DNA of 64,000 nt, taken from Halioglobus sp. Lineage in GTDB: Bacteria; Pseudomonadota; Gammaproteobacteria; Pseudomonadales; Halieaceae. Below are positions 1 through 10,189 of this stretch, in pieces. The position numbers were made by a program, and so were the translations under genes. The notes beneath the pieces were generated by a model that was not told the DNA's origin, did not search any database, and saw only the letters and a program-made list of their open reading frames with translations. Positions within the stretch are counted from its first letter, which is position 1, and every line of letters starts with the position of its first letter. The DNA lies in the NCBI GenBank assembly GCA_034521205.1, contig JAXHMT010000002.1, forward strand, positions 37,896 to 101,895, given 5' to 3'.

Positions 1-318
1 ATTGTCCAACCATCTGGTAATTCTGCCATAGGATAGGGTGGTAGGTTTTTAAACCCTGACGCTTCATTTGAGAAGTTGGATCTGTCGGAAGACCATTACC
101 CGGACACCGGCTGAAACGGGGTCAGATGTTCCGTCGGGTCAATACTCCCACCAGGGCCGACCTTGAGGGCTTGGCAAACGATGAATCAGCGCAGTCAGCC
201 CCATGGCGAGCATCAGGGCTCCCACAAGGACGAACCAGCCGGCGCTATCGATGATCAGCGCTCAAGGTTGCAAATGCAAAGCCAGCCTTGCCGGAGAAGC
301 GCCAGTGTCCCGGCTGAA

Positions 319-773
319 TCAATCGTGCTTGCTCGTGCGCCGGCGCGTTTCAGTTTCGGCATAGCGGCTGTACATATCGAGAAGTACTTTCTGGAAGGAT
401 TCGCTGTAACCCGCCGCGACGCCCAGTAACAGTGTGGCGATTGCAGCGCGGCCCGGGTTGCTGCGCACCCATTCACTGATGACCGGGTCGGCATGCTCCT
501 GCAGCAATTGCTCGATCTGATCGGGCAATTCGCGAGAATGTGGCTGTGCACGCCTGGATCGCCTGGTCGCAATTTGCGTAATCAAAAGAACCACAGCGAT
601 TACAACAATGCCCGCTGCCGCCGTGACCAGGGCAGACAATGCCGGTGTCAGCGACTCGCGAAGCGCGAAGTAGCAGGACAGTCCCAGGAAGGAACAACAG
701 TCAACGCCACCGGCAGGATGATGGCACTGGCGATTGCCTTCTTCTCCAGACGATCTTTCAGTCGGTCGAACAT
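319..773 (-). pseudogene. Small membrane protein (phage-holin-like/YqjE-type partner of DUF883), frameshifted near 695
   Basis: ATG at 773 reads MFDRLKDRLEKKAIASAIILPVAL, then a frame change gives FLGLSCYFALRESLTPALSALVTAAAGIVVIAVVLL (ORF 319..639). Two hydrophobic segments; directly downstream of DUF883. Confidence 0.55.
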
Positions 774-875
774 ATCGAGCCCGTCATTTTTGTGTTCCGG
801 GTAACGGTCAATACGACGGGGTGAGGCGAGCCCTCATTCGTCAGGTAGCCGTGCCGTGGTTCCTGTACCGGCATG

Positions 876-1152
876 CTATCTCGACAGCAGCTTGCCGAGC
901 ACAAAACCGACGCCGAGCGCCACGGCAAGACTGGTGATGGGCCTGTTCTTTGATCTCGTGTTCAAGCAGTCCCCAGGTTTCCCGGGCTTGGTCACGAGAA
1001 TGCCTGGCCGCACCGCGAATTTGCTTGCGGCCCTCGGCCACGCCATCGTGGGCCAGATTTGAAATTGTCTCGCTCATCTCGGTAAGATCGGATTTCAGAC
1101 TGGCATATTCATGTTTGAGTTCGTTCAAGTCTTTTTCGGGTGCCGTACTCAT
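876..1152 (-). pseudogene. DUF883/ElaB-YqjD family tail-anchored protein, +1 frameshift near 950
   Basis: MSTAPEKDLNELKHEYASLKSDL... helical N-terminus; the shifted frame gives the typical C-terminus RPITSLAVALGVGFVLGKLLSR*. Confidence 0.75.
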
Positions 1153-1304
1153 GAGCACTGCTCCATTTTGGGATGAATCGAGACTGACGGGAACAGCTGA
1201 TCCGTCAAGGCTCCTGGTCAAGAGAAGTGGCCCGGACACGCCGGACCAGCTTATGCTCCTGAGAACAGGATCTCTGCATGATGCTCTGTCTGGAAATCGA
1301 TTGC

Positions 1305-1320
1305 TGTTCGGCAGCGCACA
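1305..1320. promoter_or_regulatory. CRP-like palindromic operator upstream of DUF883 (TGTTCG-GCAG-CGCACA)
   Basis: Matches the island motif; minus-strand -10-like CATCAT (1278-1283) is 21 bp away. Confidence 0.65.
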
Positions 1321-1555
1321 GATCGTCGGAGCCCAGGTGACGCGAATCCGGGTCGTCAATCGAGTTCGCACCATCGGTGCCGACGGCTGCGTGAAGCATC
1401 TGCATCAGAACGGTGCAGCAATCCAGGCGCTATGTGCTTTGCCGTACTGAAAACCTGATGCCCGATTAATAAGCTGATACGGAGAAAGATTTGCGAACAA
1501 CCTGGTTCGTAACTGCAATTATCCGTGCGGGCGGCTCCAAATCGAATGATCAGCG

Positions 1556-2683
1556 ATGACAACACCAGTATTGATCTACTACGACACGCGGATGCTCGGT
1601 CACAACCCGCACGGGTGGGACCCTGGCCATCCGGCCTGGACCGACGCCGTCAAGGCGATGATTGCACTGCAATATCCCAGCAGCAACCTGGAAACCTATA
1701 GCCACCCGGAGCGCCCGGATCGACTGACTGCGATCGTCGACCGACTGATGCTTGATCCAATCGAAGGGGTGCGCTGGATGCTGCCGACGGCGGCCAGCAC
1801 GGCTCAACTTGAGCGGGTTCATGACAAAACCTATGTCGCTCATATCGAGTCGTTGGAGGGTGAATCCTGCTGGCTGGCCAAAGATACCACCGCAGTGTCG
1901 CCGGGCAGTGTGGAAGCGGCCCGCCTGGCTGCCGGAAGCGGGAATCAGCGCTGTCGAGGCTATCTCGGCTGGGTGAGGCCCGGCGGGCGTTCTGTATCGT
2001 GCGGCCACCAGGGCATCATGCCCATTCCGGCCGCGCCTCGGGCTTTTGTCTGTACAACAACCTTGCGGTTACCGCTGCCCATGCGCGTGAGAGCCTTGGC
2101 TATCAGCGAGTGATGGTCTGGGACTGGGATATGCACCACGGTAATGGCACGCAGGAAATCTTCTACTCCGATCCTTCCGTGCTGGTGGTTGATAGCCACT
2201 GTGCGGCGCCGTTCTATCCGGGCACGGGCCTACAGTATGAAACCGGGACCGGAGCGGGAGTCGGCTCTCAACTCAACGTTCCGCTGCCTCTGGGCAGCGG
2301 CAACGCGGCACTGCTGAAGGTGTTCGACGAGGTGGTGAAGCCGGCGGCGAAGGCATTCCAACCCGATATTCTGCTGGTTTCCTCAGGTTTCGATTGCCAT
2401 TACCTCGACATGACCTGCGTCCATGGATGAGACGGGCTTTGCCATTCTTGCCCAGCGCATGAGTGACCTGGCAGATGAGCTATGCGACGGCCGTCTGGTG
2501 GTTCTGCTTGAGGGCGGCTACAACGCCCAGGCATTGGCCGATAGCGCTCATGCTGTCGTAAAGGTGCTGGCGGGGAACCCCGTAAATGCGTGCAATGTCA
2601 TGCTGGATGATCCTGGCTGCGGGGCTGTGGCGGATGTCATCCAGTTTCATCAAGGGACATATACCCGGCGTGCACGGGGGTAG
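1556..2683 (+). pseudogene. Histone deacetylase family (class II/AcuC/APAH-like) Zn hydrolase, frameshifts near 1942 and 2420
   Basis: HPERPDRL, RPPGHHA, GFCLYNN, DWDMHHGNGTQ, GFD and LEGGY motifs across ORFs 1556-2113, 1999-2430 and 2423-2683. Confidence 0.9.
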
Positions 2684-2913
2684 TAAAGGTGCCACACAGA
2701 TTCGCTGCAAGCACGATTCCCCAGAGGCGCGCGATGCAATAGAACCCGTTACGCGTTCTGCAGCGCTCCCGCTGCGTCGCCAGGCGGAGTCGCCATGCCT
2801 GCAAGGTCTTGCCCCGATACTGTACTCGTATCGCCGAGTTTATTTTTCGCATTATTGGATAGCCGCCAGGAGAACTCCGCTCCGCTGGTTTACCGGAATC
2901 ATGCACTGCCGTT

Positions 2914-2933
2914 TCTGTGCGATCGCGCACAGA
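2914..2933. promoter_or_regulatory. Perfect CRP-like operator TCTGTGCG-ATCG-CGCACAGA upstream of the PRC-barrel gene
   Basis: 8-bp perfect inverted repeat; -10-like CATTAT at 2953-2958, 21 bp from the core. Confidence 0.75.
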
Positions 2934-3031
2934 CTCAAGCCGGGGCACCGGTCATTATGATTGAACAGAACGAAGGGATGCCGCCTGTTCTGGAAAATCA
3001 GGTATTCAAACCACACGAGTGATGGAGAAAG

Positions 3032-3583
3032 ATGATGCTTGCTCAATTAGTTCAGAACACATTAAGCGCCACCCTGCTGACAGGGGGCTTGGCCCTGAGT
3101 ATGTCCGCGGTGGCAGCTCAAGGACTGTACTCGGCTGACGATCTTCTGGACGCCGATGTCTATGCCTCCGACGGCGAGGAAATCGGCGAAGTGGAAGATC
3201 TGCTCCTGGGGGATGACATGTCAATCCATTCCCTGGTTATCGAACTGGATTCCATGCTGGGAATGGGCGGACGCGAAGTGGTTGCCATGCGTGGAACCTT
3301 TACCGTACGGCCCGAAGAGTCGAAAAAAGGTGAAAACGAATTTGGCGATATCGATTACGAAGTACACCTCGATTCGAGCAAGGATGCAATAAAAGACCTG
3401 CCGGAGTACAGCAAAAGCTGGTGGCAAAAAACTCAGGCAGCCCTGGTCAACGCCTGGGAAGAAACCATGGACACCAGTGAGAGTGCCTGGGAAAGCACCA
3501 AGGAGGCTACCTCCTCAGCCTGGCACAAACTGCGCGAAGGCGCCGAAGGACTGGGAGACGATGTAGAGGCAGCGACGGACTAG
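3032..3583 (+). CDS. Exported PRC-barrel domain protein
   Basis: Signal peptide; SADDLLDADVYASDGEEIGEVEDLLLGDD...LVIE PRC-barrel pattern; acidic helical tail. Confidence 0.85.
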   Translation: MMLAQLVQNTLSATLLTGGLALSMSAVAAQGLYSADDLLDADVYASDGEEIGEVEDLLLGDDMSIHSLVIELDSMLGMGGREVVAMRGTFTVRPEESKKGENEFGDIDYEVHLDSSKDAIKDLPEYSKSWWQKTQAALVNAWEETMDTSESAWESTKEATSSAWHKLREGAEGLGDDVEAATD

Positions 3584-3667
3584 CCAGGATCAACCCAATA
3601 GATCGGATTCTGACGGACGCGCACAGGTCGATGCTGGATTTTCAGTGTCCGAATCCATGAGCCTGTG

Positions 3668-3683
3668 TGCGCGGAAACGAACA
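3668..3683. promoter_or_regulatory. CRP-like operator (TGCGCG-GAAA-CGAACA) upstream of a small lipoprotein
   Basis: CATAAT at 3705-3710, 21 bp downstream. Confidence 0.65.
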
Positions 3684-3746
3684 GACCATTCCACTACCTG
3701 CTGCCATAATCTGTTTCTACCCACTGGAAACTGGAGACCAATCACC

Positions 3747-3911
3747 ATGAAACTCAGCAGAACCATTACAGCCGCCATACTCGCAAGTGCCTTGATGATC
3801 ACACTGTCTGCCTGCGAGAACGAAGGTCCTCTTGAAGACGCGGGTGAGGAGATGGACGACGCAGTCGAGAACACAGGCGATGCCATCGAAGATGCCACCG
3901 ACGGCGGTTGA
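3747..3911 (+). CDS. Small acidic lipoprotein (54 aa)
   Basis: MKLSRTITAAILASALMITLSAC lipobox, then ENEGPLEDAGEEMDDAVE; GGAG SD upstream. Confidence 0.8.
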   Translation: MKLSRTITAAILASALMITLSACENEGPLEDAGEEMDDAVENTGDAIEDATDGG

Positions 3912-3969
3912 GCCAAAATCGGAGTGATGATTCTTCGGGTATATGCCCTCGGAGATCTTTTCACGTGGT

Positions 3970-5035
3970 ATGAAAGTGATTCTGATCTTGTCGGCCCTTA
4001 TTGTGGTGATAATAACGGCCCTTCCGCTGCTGCGTTTCGACCAGTGGTGGATTCGCGTTCTCGATTTTCCAAGAGCGCAAATCACCGTCGCTGGCATTGT
4101 GCTTCTTGCTCTCCATCTCTACTTCTGGGAAGCGCACCGGATTTACGAATCCGTTGTTCTTGGCCTGTTGGTGCTGGCGGTCGGGTATCAGATTGTGAAG
4201 ATATTCCCGTACACGGTGCTTATGCCCAGGCAGGTATTAGCGGCTGAATCGCGTTCGAACGGTGCTAACCTCAAGTTGCTTGTTGCCAACGTGCTGATGG
4301 ACAACCGGGAGTCTGAAGCCTTTCTGGATATCGTGCGCGAGTTTGACCCTGACATGGTCCTGACCGTGGAGACAGACGATTGGTGGGAGAAAGCACTCAG
4401 GGCATTGGAAGAGAAGTATCCATACACGCTCAAGAATCCGCTAGACAATACCTACGGCATGCTTTTGCACAGTCGACTGGAGGTGATAGATCCCGAAATC
4501 CGCTTTATTCTGAAAGACAGCATCCCGTCGATGCACATGCAGGTGGTGCTGCCTTCGGATGACCGGGTCTTCATGCACTTCGTCCATCCCGATCCGCCAA
4601 ACCCGAAGTATGCGACGGAGACGACCGAGCGGGATGCAGAACTGCTGATCCTCGGCCGGGAGACGGAGAAGCGTGACAAGCCGACAATCATTGCAGGGGA
4701 CTTCAACGATGTTGCATGGTCCGATACCACGCGTCTCTTTCAGAAAGCCAGTGGTCTGCTCGACCCGCGTGACGGACGGGGGATGTACTGCACCTTCAAT
4801 GCCAGAAATCCTCTGACTGCGCTGGCCGCTCGATCACGTCTTCCACTCCGATCATTTCAAGCTCGTCCGCATGGAGAAGGGGCCTGCCTGGGGATCGGAT
4901 CATTTTCCCATTTTCATCGAATTGAGTCTGGAGCACGAAGCAGAAGCTGAGCAGGACGAACCGGATACAGACCAGTCGGAAGCGGATCGGGTAGACGAAA
5001 AAATCAAAGACGGCAGGCAGAAAGCCGAGGAATGA
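3970..5035 (+). pseudogene. Membrane-anchored endonuclease/exonuclease/phosphatase (EEP, YafD-like), frameshift near 4815
   Basis: N-terminal TM helices; ANVL, LTVE and AGDFNDV motifs; the shifted frame restores RWPLDHVFHS...GSDHFP and ends at TGA 5033-5035. Confidence 0.85.
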
Positions 5036-5262
5036 TTCTGTCAGGTCTGGTCTTCTGGAAAATTATCATTAATTGGTTCGCAATCGAACTGAGGAGTGAA
5101 GAACATCAAGGTGACCTCGAAGTAATTCTGTGGGATAGCAAACAGTGAGGGCGCCAACAGCATGTCAGTCTGGCGCACGCAGCCCGCTGCCGCCGACACA
5201 AAATTGCTCACTGATTCATTCGATTCTGATCCATTCAACACCGGAAGCCAAGGAAGCCATAA

Positions 5263-5843
5263 ATGCCTTTCGAATTAACCGATCTACCTTACGCTCGCGA
5301 TGCACTGCAACCGCACATGTCAAAGGAGACCCTGGACTTTCATTACGGCAAACATCACGCCGGCTATGTGAAAAAGCTGAACAAGGCGCTGGAGAAAAAG
5401 GGGCTTGACGTTCCGCTGGAGGAGCTGATACGCACGCAGTCCGGCGACGTATTCAACAATGCGGCGCAGGTCTGGAACCATACGTTTTTCTGGCACCGTC
5501 TTAGCCCTGACGGCGGAGGAGAACCAGAAGGCGCACTGCTGGATGATTTGAATGCGGCGTTTGGTTCCGTGCAGGAGTTCAAGGACAAATTCAAATCTGA
5601 CCGCCAAGTCCAATTTCGGCTCCGGATGGACATGGCTGGTACAGAATGCGAACGGAGAACTGGAGGTCGTGAACACCGATGATGCGGATACGCCGGTGCG
5701 AGACACTGCTAAACGGCCGCTACTGACGGTTGACGTCTGGGAACATGCGTACTATCTGGATTACCGCAACTGACAGAGGCGCCTACCTTGACGCCTTCTG
5801 GAAGCTCGTCAACTGGTCGTTCGTCGCGGGCAATCGTCCGTGA
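5263..5843 (+). pseudogene. sodB: Fe/Mn superoxide dismutase (Fe-type signature), frameshifts near 5595 and 5772
   Basis: [41 protein letters not shown]; a third frame gives AYLDAFWKLVNWSFV...*. Confidence 0.92.
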
Positions 5844-5930
5844 GCTGCGACCGACCACGACAACTCTCGACAAAAGGCCTGTGGACCCGCGACTCGAGAT
5901 TGGCATACCCACCTTGAAAGGAGAACGCTG

Positions 5931-6225
5931 ATGCGTGTAACAACATTTTTGTGCGCTGTAACTGCGGTCACAGCACTGAGCAGCCTGTGATTTCAAACAG
6001 GGGCCGATGGAGGAAGCGGGGGAGAAAGTTGACGAAAGCTATCAGGAGGCGCTGACCGATATTGAAGAGACCGCCGACAAGATGAGTGAACGTCTTGAGG
6101 AGAGCCGCAACGAGGCCGAGGAGGCCATGCAACAGAGCAAAAAGGAAGCGCAGGCAGTTATGCAAGACACCGCCGATGAACTGGAGATGAATATGAACGA
6201 GGAGCAGACAGCGTCAGAAAAATAG
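5931..6225 (+). pseudogene. Small acidic lipoprotein, paralog of 3747..3911, frameshift near 5985
   Basis: AGGAGA SD, MRVTTFLCAVTAVTALS signal, then shifted C-DFKQGPMEEAGEKVDE helical repeat. Confidence 0.6.
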
Positions 6226-6356
6226 GCTTGCAGGCGGCGTCTTCTGCTGAAAAAACTCCCGCTCTCGCAGCTCGCTATATTTTTTGAGGGTCGCCTCGAT
6301 ATGGGGCGCTCCTTCGGCGAAGTCGTGACCTGTCTCCGGTTGTGTCGTGGAGTTGT

Positions 6357-6537
6357 TCATTTCGTTGCCTTCTTGACGTCGCTCTTGATGTCACCGTACT
6401 TGGCTTGTGCCTTGCCGGCATGCTTCTCGGCCTTTCCCTTGTACTCCGTGCTTTTGTCGCCCGTCACCTTGCCGGCAGCCTCCTTGATCTTGCCTTTTGC
6501 CTCGTTTCGCACGACCTTTGACCTGATTCTTGTCCAT
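6357..6537 (-). pseudogene. csbD: CsbD/YjbJ general stress protein, +1 frameshift near 6507
   Basis: MDKNQVKGRA.EAKGKIKEAAGKVTGDKSTEYKGKAEKHAGKAQAKYGDIKSDVKKATK*. Confidence 0.85.
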
Positions 6538-6648
6538 GCAGCTGATCTCCAGAGAACTGTCTCGTTTGAGTTTTGCCACTTACCGCGAATCCATTCAGAT
6601 CTGAGGGTGGCAAGCGATGCACTCTAAGTTGAAGCTCAGATTCTGGTC

Positions 6649-6721
6649 GGTGCGGTGCCAACGTAGCCCACAGCTGCACTGATTACAAAACCGGCTTGGC
6701 GGATCGGTACGATATAGCACA
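6649..6721. promoter_or_regulatory. Divergent pair of CRP-like operators (6649-6664 facing csbD; 6706-6721 facing DUF2254)
   Basis: GGTGCG-GTGC-CAACGT with minus-strand TAGAGT (6621-6626); GGTACG-ATAT-AGCACA with TAACAT (6744-6749). Both gaps are 22 bp. Confidence 0.55.
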
Positions 6722-6937
6722 GACGGCTCGTCGAAGATCGGGATAACATTCGCACCTTGACCGGGCTGGCATACAATACCCGGGTCAGGCGCGATGTCTG
6801 CACTTTGACAGTGGCAACCTCCGCCGCTGTGATCTGGCCGTACCTGCTCTTCGGTAAATTGACAGGAGTGAGTGTGCCGCGGAAGCATCCGTCTTTGGCA
6901 TGCAGAAAGCGCTCCCTGCCGAAGTGGGCACAGGGAA

Positions 6938-8035
6938 ATGAAGATGACTTCGACGATTTCGACGGAACGCCGCAGGTTCCTGGTCAGCCAACTCCGCGAG
7001 CGACTCTGGGTAAGGCCGCTGCTGGTGTGCCTGCTATCAATTGGCGCGGCTTTCTTCGCAAAGCTCATCGATGACACGGGGTTGGGGCGGTATGTGCCGG
7101 AAGTCACAACCGAGTCTGTCGAGATGCTGTTGTCCGTCATGGCCGCCAGTATGATGGTGATTGCTACATTTTCAGTAGCCTCAATGGTTTCAGCCTATGC
7201 GGCGGCAAGCAACACGGCTACGCCGCGATCCTTTGCCCTGGTGGTTGCCGACGACGCCTCGCAGAATGCGCTTTCAGCCTTTGTCGGCGCATTCATCTTT
7301 TCCATTGTGGCGCTTACTGCGGTCAAGAACGGTTATTTCGGTTCTGCCGGGATTTTCATTCTCTTTGTGCTAACGGTGCTGGTTTTCACCATGGTTATCT
7401 TTACCTTCGTGCGCTGGGTCGATGGTATCGCCCGCCTCGGGCGAATTGGCTCAACGCTGGAAAAGGTCGAGAAGGCAACGGGCGAAGCGCTGAAGCGGCG
7501 GCGGAATGCACCCGCTCTTCAGGGGTCCGCAGCGCGGGCCCGGCCAGCGGGACAGGCGGTGTTTGCGAACCAGGTCGGCTACGTGCAACACATCGATGTC
7601 GAGACGCTTCACGGCTGGGCAGAAAAGGCCGACGTCCGGGTACTTGTCGCCGCGTTGCCGGGCACTTTTGCCACGCCGGAACGGCCATTGGCGTACGTGG
7701 TCACCGAACGCGAGGGTCAACCCGTGCCTGAGTGCGAGTGTGTCGTCGAGGCTTTTGACGTCGCTACCGATCGCCGATTCGATGACGACCCGAGGTTTGG
7801 TCTGGTTGTTCTCGCGGAGATAGCCGGAAGGTCACTATCGCCCGCGATCAATGATCCCGGCACCGCGATAGAAGTTCTGGGTAGAATGGGCCGGCTCTTT
7901 TATCTGTGGTCTCAACCGGCAACAAATCAGGATGAACACTGGACGCTGTATGAGCGGGTGGAAGTACCCGAGGTGTCGGTGCGAGATATGTTTGACGACG
8001 CCTTCACCGTGATTGCCCGGGACGGTGCCGGTCAG
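6938..8035 (+). pseudogene. DUF2254 family membrane protein, C-terminally broken after ARDGAG
   Basis: LRERLWVRP, ATFSVASMVSAY..AS..ATPR, DDPRFGLVVLAEIA.RSLSPAINDPGTAI, FDDAF..IARDGAG; the normal tail is missing. Confidence 0.85.
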
Positions 8036-8343
8036 GCCTGCTGGCCGCGCATTTGCCAACGTTTCGTATGCCCCCGACCCGGAAGAGGGTCTGCGTGCCA
8101 TCGAACGGGCACTGATTTGCATGAATCCCGACCACCGGTGGAAGGTCGGGTTTGACGGTGACGAGAACGTCTACGACATCCGCTATACTCTGATTCATGA
8201 GGGAGAAGTAGTATCGCTCCGTCAGTGGGTGCTCCTCGCGGTAGCGTCAACCCGGGCAGCTCCCGGGCTCGGGATCGCGGCAGGAGCGGTCAATTCGTAC
8301 TCGTCCCTCAGTGTGCCCGCCAAGCGTGAGGCGGGCTCGAGCT

Positions 8344-8418
8344 TCAGCCCACTCCCAAAAAACCCAAGACTACCGCTACAATGACGACTGCACCTACAAG
8401 CCAGACAATTGAGTTCAT
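8344..8418 (-). CDS. 24-aa single-pass membrane small protein MNSIVWLVGAVVIVAVVLGFLGVG
   Basis: ATG with GGAG SD upstream, one hydrophobic helix, own operator-like site at 8481-8496. Confidence 0.6.
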   Translation of the reverse strand: MNSIVWLVGAVVIVAVVLGFLGVG

Positions 8419-8480
8419 GATTCGCTCCGTTTCGATGTTGTTACCAAAACATCCTTTTACCACCGCATGGACCCGGTGTA

Positions 8481-8592
8481 AGTACGTTATCGAACATTTG
8501 TATGAAAGCCTCGTCAGAAAAATTCCCGCGGCTTTGATTGCGACAAGCCTTTCGAATAGCCAATCGACAGCCAGTGCCTGCGGTGACGCACA
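8481..8592. promoter_or_regulatory. Divergent pair of CRP-like operators (8481-8496 facing the sORF; 8577-8592 facing yqaE)
   Basis: AGTACG-TTAT-CGAACA with minus-strand TAAAAG (8454-8459); CCTGCG-GTGA-CGCACA with CAGGCT (8614-8619). Both gaps are 21 bp. Confidence 0.55.
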
Positions 8593-8656
8593 GACAAGGC
8601 CGCGCCCGTGCCTCAGGCTGGCGGCTGACAAGTCATTCAACGTTGAGGAGTTCCCG

Positions 8657-8830
8657 GTGGCCGTCACAGCAACCGATCCGATCAAGATTCTTTTTGCCAT
8701 CCTCTTGCCGCCGCTCGGCGTCTTTCTTGAGGTAGGCCTGAAAGGCCATTTCTGGCTGAATATCCTGTTGACCCTGCTGGGATTCATTCCCGGGATCATT
8801 CACGCTCTGTACGTTATTCTCAAGCATTAG
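8657..8830 (+). CDS. yqaE: YqaE/Pmp3 (UPF0057) membrane protein
   Basis: GAGGAG SD plus GTG start; ILFAILLPPLGVFLEVGLKGHFWLNILLTLLGFIPGIIHALYVI. Confidence 0.92.
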   Translation: MAVTATDPIKILFAILLPPLGVFLEVGLKGHFWLNILLTLLGFIPGIIHALYVILKH

Positions 8831-9148
8831 CGCGATGGCCGGGCGCCTGGTGCATCAAACAGATGCTTTTTAGTGGACGGGAGAGCCTGTTCCGAAGTGC
8901 CCGATTTTTCTACGTCATCCCAGCCTATTGCCACCTATTTCCAAACCATGCTCAGGAACCCGCCGACACCAATTCCGATGAAGCGCTTTCCGGCGGTAGC
9001 AGACGGGCCACTGTCCGTGCCTTGAAAGCCTTGCCATAACGTGCCATACGTCACCTCGTTGCCCTCTGCTTCCATTGTAAGGGAAGCGGCACCTATCTTG
9101 ACGCAGAGGGGAGCGAGGCAGGCGGAATCCCCCGGTCTGTATGCAAGC

Positions 9149-9922
9149 TCACGCCGGCGCGCGAGGGTGCAGGACCTTGGGTCTGTAGGTCATCAACCGG
9201 TCGGTCTCCTTCTTTACCACCTCGTAGCACTCGCAGCTGAGCTGTTCAAGTCTGGGCCGGTCCATAACCTCTATCTTGCCGCGCCTATAAGTGATGACGC
9301 CGAGTTTTTGTAGTTTGCCCGCCGCCTCGGTCACGCCCTCCCGGCGCACGCCGAGCATATTTGCGATCAGCTCCTGGGTCATGACCAGGTGGGGGCCTTC
9401 CAGGCGGTCAAGGGAAAGCAGCAGCCAGCGGCACAGTTGCTGGTCGATGTTATGGTGGCGATTGCAGACCGCGGTCTGGGCCATCTGGGTGATCAGTGAT
9501 TGGGTATAGCGCAACATCAAAAAGAGCAGTTCGCCGTGGCGGTTGAATTCCGCCTTCATTCGCTGTCCCGCCAATCGATAGGCGTATCCGGCACTTTGAA
9601 CAACGGTACGACTGGGCGTGCTTTCGCCACCCATGAACAGGGAAACACCCACAATGCCCTCTTTGCCCACCACCGAGATTTCCGCCGATTCGCCATTTTC
9701 CATTACATAGAGTAATGAGACGATGCTGTCGATGGGGAAATAGACATACCTCATGGTATCCCCGGATTCACAGATCACGTGGCCAAGGGGCAGGGGCACC
9801 AATTCAAGGAATGGGTAGATGCGCTCCTTTACCTCCGGGGACAACTCTCCCAGCAGGTGATTTTGCTCGGGACTCTGAGCGGTCTGTTGCCTCGAAGTGG
9901 CGGCCTGAGATGCTTGCGTCAT
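9149..9922 (-). CDS. Crp/Fnr family transcriptional regulator
   Basis: cNMP-binding-like domain (VYFPIDSIVSLLYVMENGESAEISVVGKEG) and HTH TQELIANMLGVRREGVTEAAGKLQ. Confidence 0.93.
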   Translation of the reverse strand: MTQASQAATSRQQTAQSPEQNHLLGELSPEVKERIYPFLELVPLPLGHVICESGDTMRYVYFPIDSIVSLLYVMENGESAEISVVGKEGIVGVSLFMGGESTPSRTVVQSAGYAYRLAGQRMKAEFNRHGELLFLMLRYTQSLITQMAQTAVCNRHHNIDQQLCRWLLLSLDRLEGPHLVMTQELIANMLGVRREGVTEAAGKLQKLGVITYRRGKIEVMDRPRLEQLSCECYEVVKKETDRLMTYRPKVLHPRAPA

Positions 9923-9967
9923 ATAAATCCCTGCTGACTGAAAGTTGGATAACGGTGTTCCTGCTCG

Positions 9968-10000
9968 GCACCTGATTCCGCACCTGATTCGGCACCTGTT
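9968..10000. repeat. 12-bp tandem repeat (GCACCTGATTCC) x2.7 in the regulator leader
   Basis: gcacctgattcc gcacctgattcg gcacctgtt read directly. Confidence 0.7.
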
Positions 10001-10067
10001 TACGACGGAACATAACGGCGGCACGCCAACCGCTCCGATAAATTATGTAGCAGTTTCGGCCGCTGTC

Positions 10068-10152
10068 TGTGCGATAACGCACATAGAGCCGATAACTTCG
10101 GGGCGCGGGGCGGAAGAAAACTGTTTGTCGACAATATGTGTCCTGACGTACA
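10068..10152. promoter_or_regulatory. Divergent CRP-like operators: TGTGCG-ATAA-CGCACA (10068-10083, faces the regulator) and TGTGTC-CTGA-CGTACA (10137-10152, faces the sugar transferase)
   Basis: Minus-strand CATAAT (10042-10047) 20 bp from the first; TACTCT (10174-10179) 21 bp from the second. Confidence 0.7.
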
Positions 10153-10189
10153 TACGCAAAAATTCTGGAGTTGTACTCTCCTTCCTCTG

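Noticed and set aside
100-255. Possible NhaP-type antiporter N-terminal remnant on the minus strand (IIDSAGWFVLVGALMLAMGLTALIHRLP)
   Set aside because: Too short, no start codon, and the frame breaks; cannot be supported without a search.
5164-5179. CRP-like operator upstream of sodB (GTCAGT-CTGG-CGCACG)
   Set aside because: Only one half matches, and the best -10 (CAAAAT) is at 19 bp, outside the 20-22 bp seen at other sites.
8381-8656. N-terminal extension of YqaE (149-aa ORF)
   Set aside because: It spans the divergent promoter region; a strong GAGGAG SD and GTG at 8657 give the normal 57-aa length.
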